NCBI RefSeq assembly: GCF_024223415.1
Contig: NZ_CP100500.1
Origin: Escherichia coli
GTDB lineage: Bacteria; Pseudomonadota; Gammaproteobacteria; Enterobacterales; Enterobacteriaceae
Reading direction: 5' to 3' (one strand)
DNA length: 64,000 bases
Position 1 is the first letter of the stretch. Every line of letters begins with the position of its first letter. Positions 56,820 to 64,000 of this stretch are shown piece after piece. The notes under the pieces were generated by a model that saw only the letters and a program-made list of their open reading frames with translations, did no database searches and had not been told where the DNA came from. Made by a program: the position numbers and the translations under genes.

Positions 56820-57386
56820 ATGACCAGCAAGCTGGAGATACGCCACAAACAGCGTCAGGATGAAATCATTAACGCCGCCCGTCGGTGTTTTCGTCGCTGC
56901 GGGTTTCATGCCGCCAGTATGTCGCAAATTGCCAGCGAAGCTCAGCTTAGCGTGGGTCAGATATATCGTTACTTCGCCAACAAAGACGCCATTATTGAAG
57001 AGATGGTTCGCCGTATCATCGACTTTCGTATTGCCCAAATGGACATTGACGCGCGTACCGATCACTTCCCGGAAGTCCTTGCCTTGCGTAAATCCTTAAA
57101 TGAGGACGACGACGCGCTGATGCTGGAAGTGGCTGCAGAAGCCACACGCAACCCGCGGGTTATGGCAATGCTTGAAGAAGCTGACGCCAGAATGTTCGCT
57201 AACGGTTGTGCACATATGAAAAGAATGCATCCCCATCTTAGCGACGAGCACATTCGTTGCTGCGTTGAAGTGTTTGCTACCATGATGGAAGGTACGGTTT
57301 ATCGTCGTTTAACACCGCAAAAAAGCGATCCACAACATCTGCAGGAAATATATCAGGATATTGTTAGTATGTTGATAAATAAATAA
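56820..57386 (+). CDS. TetR/AcrR-family transcriptional regulator
   Basis: N-terminal HTH (RRCGFHAASMSQIASEAQLSVGQIYRYFANKDAI); ATG 56820 behind AGGAG preferred over the 56721 start. Confidence 0.75.
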   Translation: MTSKLEIRHKQRQDEIINAARRCFRRCGFHAASMSQIASEAQLSVGQIYRYFANKDAIIEEMVRRIIDFRIAQMDIDARTDHFPEVLALRKSLNEDDDALMLEVAAEATRNPRVMAMLEEADARMFANGCAHMKRMHPHLSDEHIRCCVEVFATMMEGTVYRRLTPQKSDPQHLQEIYQDIVSMLINK

Positions 57387-57406
57387 GAACAGAATTAACC
57401 AATAGC

Positions 57407-57430
57407 GGGGGATATTAATCCCCCTTATTT
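57407..57430 (+). terminator. Intrinsic terminator after the TetR gene
   Basis: GGGGGAT-atta-ATCCCCC followed by TTATTT. Confidence 0.5.
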
Positions 57431-57454
57431 CATTGCGAAATTCATTTCGCGATG
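57431..57454. promoter_or_regulatory. Imperfect 24-bp palindrome; candidate regulator binding site
   Basis: CATTGCGAAAT-tc-ATTTCGCGATG, one mismatch between arms. Confidence 0.35.
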
Positions 57455-57487
57455 CGGGTTCGTTATAACTGAATATCCCTGACATAT

Positions 57488-57507
57488 CCTCATTAATTTT
57501 AATGAGG
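57488..57507. promoter_or_regulatory. Perfect 20-bp palindrome just upstream of the efflux operon RBS; candidate TetR operator
   Basis: CCTCATTAA-tt-TTAATGAGG, about 28 nt before the membrane-fusion-protein start. Confidence 0.4.
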
Positions 57508-57534
57508 AGGGTATTTCTCATCCTGGAGAAAATA

Positions 57535-58656
57535 ATGAAGTATATAGCAACATCTGTAGTGGCAATGCTGCTCTTATCTGGTTGTGATAATACGCAAAGT
57601 AACAATTCATCCCCGTCAGAAACAGAAGTCGGCGTTGTTACAGTCAAATCTCAACCGGTCTCGGTAGTCAGTGAATTAACCGGACGCATCAGTGCTGCGC
57701 TCAGTGCCGAAGTACGTCCGCAGGTTGGGGGAATTATCCAGAAACGCTTATTTAAGGAAGGTGATCTGGTCAAGGCTGGACAGCCGCTCTACCAGATTGA
57801 TGCGGCCAGTTATCAGGCTGCATGGAATGAAGCTCGGGCAGCATTACAACAAGCACAGGCACTGGTAAAAGCCGATTGCCAGAAAGCGCAGCGTTATGCC
57901 CGACTGGTGAAAGAGAACGGTGTTTCACAACAGGATGCTGATGATGCTCAGTCTACCTGTGCACAAGATAAAGCCAGTGTAGAGGCGAAAAAAGCCGCAC
58001 TGGAAACTGCGCGCATTAATCTTGACTGGACCACGGTAACCGCACCGATTTCAGGGCGCATTGGCATTTCGTCGGTAACCCCTGGCGCACTGGTGACCGC
58101 GTCGCAAGATACAGCGTTAACGACTATTCGTGGTCTGGATACAATGTATGTCGACCTCACTCGCTCCAGTGTCGATTTATTACGTCTGCGTAAACAGTCA
58201 CTGGCGACCAACAGTGACACCATGAGCGTCTCACTTATTCTGGAAGATGGCACAACCTACAGCGAAAAAGGGCGTCTGGAACTCACCGAAGTCGCTGTAG
58301 ATGAGTCTACCGGTTCGGTGACATTACGGGCGATTTTCCCCAATCCACAACAGCAGTTATTACCGGGAATGTTTGTTCGCGCTCGTGTCGATGAAGGCGT
58401 GATGGAAGACGCTATTCTCGCGCCGCAACAGGGCGTCACGCGCGATGCTAAAGGCAATGCAACTGCGCTGGTGGTGAATAAAGACAATAAAGTAGAGCAG
58501 CGAACGCTCGAAACGGGAGAAACATATGGTGATAAATGGCTGGTGCTAAACGGCCTGCACAACGGCGACCGACTGATTGTTGAAGGTTCTGCCAAAGTCA
58601 CTTCAGGGCAGACGGTCAAGGCTGTTGAAGTTCAGGCTAATGGAGGCAACTCCTGA
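57535..58656 (+). CDS. RND efflux membrane fusion protein (AcrA/MexA family lipoprotein)
   Basis: Lipoprotein signal MKYIATSVVAMLLLSGC; coiled-coil and beta-barrel regions typical of periplasmic adaptors; stop overlaps next start. Confidence 0.8.
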   Translation: MKYIATSVVAMLLLSGCDNTQSNNSSPSETEVGVVTVKSQPVSVVSELTGRISAALSAEVRPQVGGIIQKRLFKEGDLVKAGQPLYQIDAASYQAAWNEARAALQQAQALVKADCQKAQRYARLVKENGVSQQDADDAQSTCAQDKASVEAKKAALETARINLDWTTVTAPISGRIGISSVTPGALVTASQDTALTTIRGLDTMYVDLTRSSVDLLRLRKQSLATNSDTMSVSLILEDGTTYSEKGRLELTEVAVDESTGSVTLRAIFPNPQQQLLPGMFVRARVDEGVMEDAILAPQQGVTRDAKGNATALVVNKDNKVEQRTLETGETYGDKWLVLNGLHNGDRLIVEGSAKVTSGQTVKAVEVQANGGNS

Positions 58657-61600
58657 TGTTTTCGCGCTTTTTTGTTCGCCGCCCGGTCTTTGCCTGGGTT
58701 ATCGCCATTTTGATTATGTTGGCGGGGATTCTGGCTATTCGCACATTGCCCGTCGCGCAATATCCTGACGTTGCGCCACCGACCATTAAAATTTCAGCCA
58801 CTTATACTGGTGCTTCTGCCGAAACGCTGGAGAACAGCGTGACTCAGGTCATCGAGCAACAACTCACTGGGCTTGATAATTTACTCTATTTCAGCTCAAC
58901 CAGCAGCTCTGATGGTTCGGTCAGTATTAATGTGACCTTTGAACAAGGTACCGATCCAGATACTGCACAGGTTCAGGTGCAGAATAAAATTCAGCAGGCG
59001 GAGTCGCGCCTACCCAGCGAAGTGCAGCAAACGGGTGTTACGGTGGAGAAATCACAAAGCAACTTTTTGCTGATTGCTGCCGTGTATGACACCACTGACA
59101 AAGCCTCCAGTTCGGATATCGCCGACTGGTTGGTTAGTAACGTTCAGGACCCGCTGGCGCGTGTTGAAGGTGTGGGGAGTCTGCAAGTCTTTGGCGCGGA
59201 ATACGCTATGCGCATCTGGCTTGACCCGGCCAAACTGGCGTCTTACTCGCTAATGCCTTCAGACGTGCAAAGTGCTATTGAAGCGCAAAACGTGCAGGTT
59301 ACTGCCGGGAAAATAGGGGCATTGCCTTCACCGAATACTCAGCAACTGACCGCAACGGTACGTGCGCAGTCTCGCTTGCAGACGGTGGATCAGTTCAAAA
59401 ATATTATCGTGAAAAGCCAGTCAGACGGCGCAGTTGTTCGTATAAAAGATGTGGCTCGCGTTGAGATGGGCAGTGAAGATTATACCGCTATCGGCAAACT
59501 TAACGGTCACCCGTCTGCCGGGGTTGCTGTAATGCTTTCGCCCGGTGCGAATGCGCTGAATACGGCGACGCTGGTCAAGGATAAGATTGCCGAATTCCAG
59601 CGGAACATGCCGCAGGGATACGACATTGCTTACCCGAAAGACAGCACTGAATTTATTAAAATCTCTGTAGAGGACGTAATTCAGACGCTGTTTGAAGCCA
59701 TCGTATTGGTGGTTTGCGTGATGTATTTATTCCTGCAAAACCTGCGTGCCACACTGATTCCGGCGTTAGCTGTCCCCGTCGTTTTACTGGGCACATTCGG
59801 CGTTCTTGCGTTGTTTGGCTATTCGATTAATACCCTGACGTTGTTTGCAATGGTGCTGGCGATCGGCTTGCTGGTGGACGATGCCATTGTGGTAGTGGAG
59901 AACGTCGAACGCATTATGCGTGACGAAGGGTTGCCCGCGCGTGAAGCCACGGAAAAATCAATGGGCGAGATTTCTGGCGCACTGGTTGCCATTGCGCTGG
60001 TGTTGTCAGCCGTATTCCTGCCTATGGCCTTCTTTGGGGGATCTACGGGGGTAATTTATCGTCAGTTTTCGATAACCATTATCTCCGCAATGCTGCTTTC
60101 CGTGGTGGTGGCATTGACCTTGACTCCCGCCCTGTGCGGCTCCGTCCTCCAGCATGTTCCGCCACATAAAAAAGGCTTTTTCGGCGCATTTAACCGCTTT
60201 TACCGCCGTACTGAAGATAAATATCAGCGAGGCGTAATTTATGTCCTGCGCCGTGCTGCTCGAACGATGGGGCTTTATCTCGTACTGGGTGGTGGAATGG
60301 CCCTGATGATGTGGAAACTGCCGGGCAGTTTCTTACCCACTGAAGACCAGGGCGAAATCATGGTGCAGTACACGCTGCCGGCCGGGGCGACCGCTGCCCG
60401 TACAGCAGAAGTGAATCGCCAGATTGTTGACTGGTTCCTGATTAACGAGAAAGCAAATACCGATGTCATTTTTACCGTTGATGGTTTCAGTTTTAGCGGC
60501 AGCGGACAGAACACCGGGATGGCGTTTGTTTCGTTGAAAAACTGGTCTCAACGTAAAGGGGCAGAAAACACCGCCCAGGCTATCGCCCTACGGGCAACCA
60601 AAGAGCTGGGCACAATTCGTGATGCCACGGTATTTGCGATGACGCCGCCAGCCGTTGATGGGCTGGGGCAAAGCAATGGTTTTACGTTTGAATTGTTAGC
60701 TAACGGTGGAACCGATCGCGAAACACTACTGCAAATGCGTAATCAGTTGATAGAAAAAGCGAATCAAAGTCCGGAGTTACATTCTGTGCGTGCCAATGAT
60801 TTGCCACAAATGCCGCAATTGCAGGTAGATATTGATAGTAATAAAGCGGTGTCATTAGGGTTGAGTTTGAATGATGTCACCGACACCCTGTCCAGTGCGT
60901 GGGGCGGTACTTATGTGAATGACTTTATTGACCGTGGTCGTGTGAAAAAAGTCTACATTCAGGGCGACAGTGAATTTCGTTCCGCGCCGTCAGACTTAGG
61001 TAAATGGTTTGTGCGCGGTAGCGATAACGCCATGACACCATTCTCTGCTTTTGCGACCACCCGCTGGCTGTATGGACCGGAAAGACTGGTGCGCTACAAC
61101 GGTTCTGCAGCCTATGAAATTCAGGGGGAAAATGCGACTGGCTTTAGTTCCGGCGATGCAATGACAAAAATGGAGGAACTGGCAAACAGTCTTCCTGCGG
61201 GAACAACCTGGGCCTGGAGTGGTTTGTCATTGCAGGAGAAACTGGCCAGCGGTCAGGCATTGAGTCTGTATGCAGTTTCTATTCTGGTGGTTTTCCTCTG
61301 CCTTGCAGCACTGTACGAAAGCTGGTCAGTCCCGTTCTCGGTCATTCTGGTGATCCCTCTGGGGCTTCTTGGCGCGGCGCTGGCGGCCTGGATGCGTGAT
61401 TTAAACAACGATGTTTACTTCCAGGTGGCGCTATTAACCACTATCGGCTTGTCGTCGAAAAACGCCATTCTGATTGTGGAATTTGCTGAAGCGGCGGTTG
61501 CAGAGGGCTATTCCTTGAGTCGTGCGGCATTACGCGCGGCGCAGACTCGTTTACGCCCAATCATCATGACCTCGCTGGCGTTTATTGCGGGGGTAATGCC

Positions 61601-61763
61601 GCTGGCGATAGCAACCGGCGCAGGGGCGAACAGCCGCATCGCCATTGGTACGGGCATTATTGGCGGTACGCTGACCGCTACGTTGCTGGCTATTTTCTTT
61701 GTTCCTCTGTTTTTTGTACTGGTGAAACGTTTGTTTGCCGGTAAATCGCGCCGTCAGGAGTAA
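58656..61763 (+). CDS. RND multidrug efflux permease, AcrB/MexB-like
   Basis: 1035 aa, N-terminus MFSRFFVRRPVFAWVIAILIMLAGILAI.., and ..LAIGLLVDDAIVVVENVER.. are hallmark AcrB-family motifs. Confidence 0.9.
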   Translation: MFSRFFVRRPVFAWVIAILIMLAGILAIRTLPVAQYPDVAPPTIKISATYTGASAETLENSVTQVIEQQLTGLDNLLYFSSTSSSDGSVSINVTFEQGTDPDTAQVQVQNKIQQAESRLPSEVQQTGVTVEKSQSNFLLIAAVYDTTDKASSSDIADWLVSNVQDPLARVEGVGSLQVFGAEYAMRIWLDPAKLASYSLMPSDVQSAIEAQNVQVTAGKIGALPSPNTQQLTATVRAQSRLQTVDQFKNIIVKSQSDGAVVRIKDVARVEMGSEDYTAIGKLNGHPSAGVAVMLSPGANALNTATLVKDKIAEFQRNMPQGYDIAYPKDSTEFIKISVEDVIQTLFEAIVLVVCVMYLFLQNLRATLIPALAVPVVLLGTFGVLALFGYSINTLTLFAMVLAIGLLVDDAIVVVENVERIMRDEGLPAREATEKSMGEISGALVAIALVLSAVFLPMAFFGGSTGVIYRQFSITIISAMLLSVVVALTLTPALCGSVLQHVPPHKKGFFGAFNRFYRRTEDKYQRGVIYVLRRAARTMGLYLVLGGGMALMMWKLPGSFLPTEDQGEIMVQYTLPAGATAARTAEVNRQIVDWFLINEKANTDVIFTVDGFSFSGSGQNTGMAFVSLKNWSQRKGAENTAQAIALRATKELGTIRDATVFAMTPPAVDGLGQSNGFTFELLANGGTDRETLLQMRNQLIEKANQSPELHSVRANDLPQMPQLQVDIDSNKAVSLGLSLNDVTDTLSSAWGGTYVNDFIDRGRVKKVYIQGDSEFRSAPSDLGKWFVRGSDNAMTPFSAFATTRWLYGPERLVRYNGSAAYEIQGENATGFSSGDAMTKMEELANSLPAGTTWAWSGLSLQEKLASGQALSLYAVSILVVFLCLAALYESWSVPFSVILVIPLGLLGAALAAWMRDLNNDVYFQVALLTTIGLSSKNAILIVEFAEAAVAEGYSLSRAALRAAQTRLRPIIMTSLAFIAGVMPLAIATGAGANSRIAIGTGIIGGTLTATLLAIFFVPLFFVLVKRLFAGKSRRQE

Positions 61764-61766
61764 GTT

Positions 61767-63140
61767 ATGTTGCGTCGTTCTCTTATTTTTCTGGTGCTGT
61801 TGAGTGCGGGATGTGTCTCGCTCGATCCCCACTACAGCACGCCTGAATCCCCAATCCCGGCGACCTTGCCGGGAGCACAGGGCCAGGGAAAGGCAATCAG
61901 CCATGACTGGCAGCAGGTGATCCACGATCCCCGATTGCAGCAGGTGGTGACTATTGCACTGAACAGTAACCGCGATGTGCAAAAAGCGATTGCTGATATT
62001 GACTCAGCACGGGCGCTCTATGGGCAAACTAATGCGTCGTTATTCCCGACGGTGAATGCGGCCTTAAGTTCAACTCGCAGTCGTTCGCTGGCGAATGGTA
62101 CGGAAACCACTGCCGAGGCTGACGGCACGGTGTCCAGTTTTACGTTAGATCTGTTTGGTCGTAATCAGAGTTTATCTCGGGCGGCGCGAGAAACCTGGCT
62201 TGCCAGTGAATTTACAGCCCAGAACACCCGTTTAACGCTGATTGCTGAAATCAGCACCGCCTGGCTGACACTGGCGGCCGATAACAGCAACCTGGCCCTG
62301 GCAAAAGAAACGATGACCAGTGCAGAAAACTCATTGAAAATTATCCAGCGCCAGCAACAGGTTGGCACGGCGGCAGCGACAGATGTCAGTGAGGCGATGA
62401 GTGTTTATCAGCAAGCGCGCGCCAGCGTTGCCAGCTATCAGACACAAGTGATGCAGGATAAAAATGCGCTGAACTTACTGGCAGGTACAACGCTTGAGGA
62501 AAATTTGCTACCGGGAACACTGGAAAGCCTGCCGGAACAGATGATAAGTCTGGTTCCTGCGGGAGTGTCATCTGACGTTCTGCTGCGTCGCCCGGATATC
62601 CAGGAAGCGGAACATAATTTGAAGAGCGCCAATGCTGATATTGGCGCGGCGCGGGCTAACTTTTTCCCGACGATTTCGCTGACTGCCAGCGCTGGTGTTG
62701 GCAGTGACGCATTGTCGTCGTTGTTCAGCCACGGAATGCAGATCTGGTCATTTACGCCATCGGTCACATTACCGCTGTTCACTGGCGGAAGTAATCTGGC
62801 GCAGCTTCGTTACGCAGAAGCACAAAAGCGTGGACTCATTGCCACCTATGAAAAAACCGTTCAGAGCGCATTTAAAGATGTCGCTAACGCACTGGCGCGG
62901 CGGACCACGCTTGAAGAGCAACTGGATGCACAGCGCCAGTATGTTAAAGCTGAGCAACAAACGGTCGATGTTGGCTTGCGTCGCTATCAGACGGGTGTTG
63001 GTGATTACCTGACCGTGTTGACGGCGCAGCGCAGCTTGTGGAGCGCACAGCAGGAGCTGCTGGCACTGCAACTGACTGATTTTACAAACCGAATCACGCT
63101 CTGGCAGTCGCTGGGCGGCGGCATGTCATCACTCAAGTAA
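61767..63140 (+). CDS. Outer-membrane efflux factor lipoprotein (OprM/NodT family)
   Basis: 457 aa, lipobox LLSAGC, follows the permease by 3 nt. Confidence 0.8.
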   Translation: MLRRSLIFLVLLSAGCVSLDPHYSTPESPIPATLPGAQGQGKAISHDWQQVIHDPRLQQVVTIALNSNRDVQKAIADIDSARALYGQTNASLFPTVNAALSSTRSRSLANGTETTAEADGTVSSFTLDLFGRNQSLSRAARETWLASEFTAQNTRLTLIAEISTAWLTLAADNSNLALAKETMTSAENSLKIIQRQQQVGTAAATDVSEAMSVYQQARASVASYQTQVMQDKNALNLLAGTTLEENLLPGTLESLPEQMISLVPAGVSSDVLLRRPDIQEAEHNLKSANADIGAARANFFPTISLTASAGVGSDALSSLFSHGMQIWSFTPSVTLPLFTGGSNLAQLRYAEAQKRGLIATYEKTVQSAFKDVANALARRTTLEEQLDAQRQYVKAEQQTVDVGLRRYQTGVGDYLTVLTAQRSLWSAQQELLALQLTDFTNRITLWQSLGGGMSSLK

Positions 63141-63148
63141 GGAATAAT

Positions 63149-64000
63149 ATGGCTAGAGTCTCTCTTTCATGGGCATTGATTCTTGGTCTTTTAGCCGGTA
63201 TCGGCCCGATGTGTACCGATCTTTATTTGCCGGCTTTGCCGGAGATGTCTGAGCAACTGGCGGCAACCACGACCATAACGCAATTAACGCTGACTGCATC
63301 ACTGATCGGTCTTGGCGTCGGACAACTGTTATTTGGCCCTCTGAGCGACAAAATAGGGCGTAAACGTCCGTTAATCTTGTCGTTGCTATTGTTTATTGTT
63401 TCTTCCATTTTGTGCGCGACAACGAACAATATTTACTGGCTGGTGGTCTGGCGTTTTATTCAAGGGATCGCGGGGGCGGGTGGTTCGGTGCTCTCTCGTT
63501 CTATTGCTCGTGACAAATATCAGGGAGTAACGTTGACCCAGTTTTTTGCGCTGTTAATGACGGTGAATGGCCTGGCACCGGTGTTGTCGCCAGTGCTGGG
63601 CGGGTACATTGTTAGCACTTTTGACTGGCGCACTTTATTCTGGGTAATGGCTGAAATTAGCACCGTATTGTTGCTGGGCTGCGTGTTATTTATTAATGAG
63701 ACCTTGCCAGAAAATAAAAGGGGCTCATCATTGCTATTAACCGGACGAAGCGTGGTGCAGAACCGCCGTTTTATGCGCTTTTGCCTGATTCAAAGTTTTA
63801 TGCTGGCAGGCTTGTTTGCGTATATCGGCTCTTCGTCGTTCGTGTTGCAGAAGGAATTTGGCTTTAGTCCAATGCAATTTAGCCTGGTGTTTGGCCTTAA
63901 CGGCATCGGACTTATCATTGCTTCATGGATCTTTTCGCGTCTGGCGCGACGGATTAATGCGATGACATTGTTGCGAGGTGGCCTGATAGCGGCAATTTTG
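63149..64000 (+). CDS. MFS drug/H+ antiporter (Bcr/CflA-like), 3' end outside window
   Basis: MARVSLSWALILGLLAGIGPMCTDLYLPALP.. and ..GPLSDKIGRKRP..; open to the window end. Confidence 0.75.
   Translation, partial: MARVSLSWALILGLLAGIGPMCTDLYLPALPEMSEQLAATTTITQLTLTASLIGLGVGQLLFGPLSDKIGRKRPLILSLLLFIVSSILCATTNNIYWLVVWRFIQGIAGAGGSVLSRSIARDKYQGVTLTQFFALLMTVNGLAPVLSPVLGGYIVSTFDWRTLFWVMAEISTVLLLGCVLFINETLPENKRGSSLLLTGRSVVQNRRFMRFCLIQSFMLAGLFAYIGSSSFVLQKEFGFSPMQFSLVFGLNGIGLIIASWIFSRLARRINAMTLLRGGLIAAIL

Noticed and set aside
57502-57534. ORF-track start of the membrane fusion protein at 57,502
   Set aside because: It would start inside the 20-bp palindrome; the Met at 57,535 has a GGAG RBS and begins a canonical lipoprotein signal peptide.

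Overview
The window reads as an Escherichia coli-type chromosomal segment in three parts. (1) Positions 1 to about 19,845 are the late (head-tail-fibre) end of a lambda-like prophage: a 5'-truncated major capsid gene, FI, FII, Z, U, V, G/G-T, H, M, L, K, I, J, a collagen-repeat side tail fibre, then a cargo module (YadA/Eib-like trimeric autotransporter adhesin, a small HTH regulator, a DinI homologue behind two LexA boxes, an ORF6N antirepressor-like gene). The prophage abuts an orphan 3' fragment of ompW, so it appears to be integrated in ompW. (2) Positions about 19,850 to 56,350 are conserved backbone in K-12 order: yciE-yciF-yciG, the trp operon with leader, attenuator and operator, yciV, yciO, yciQ, rluB, btuR, yciK, sohB, yciN, topA, cysB, ymiA, yciX, acnA, ribA, pgpB, lapA, lapB, pyrF, yciH, osmB, yciT, yciZ, pdeR, rnb, yciW, fabI. 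(3) Positions about 56,700 to 64,000 hold an accessory efflux locus not present at this position in K-12 as I recall it: a TetR-family regulator, then a membrane fusion protein, an AcrB/MexB-like RND permease, an outer-membrane factor and an MFS transporter that runs off the window. The best candidates for new biology are the prophage cargo module and this efflux locus; I did not find a recognisable defence system. All calls rest on reading the sequence and remembered protein families; no searches were run. Two genes carry single-base frameshifts at homopolymer runs (capsid gene, ORF6N gene), which may be real decay or assembly error.
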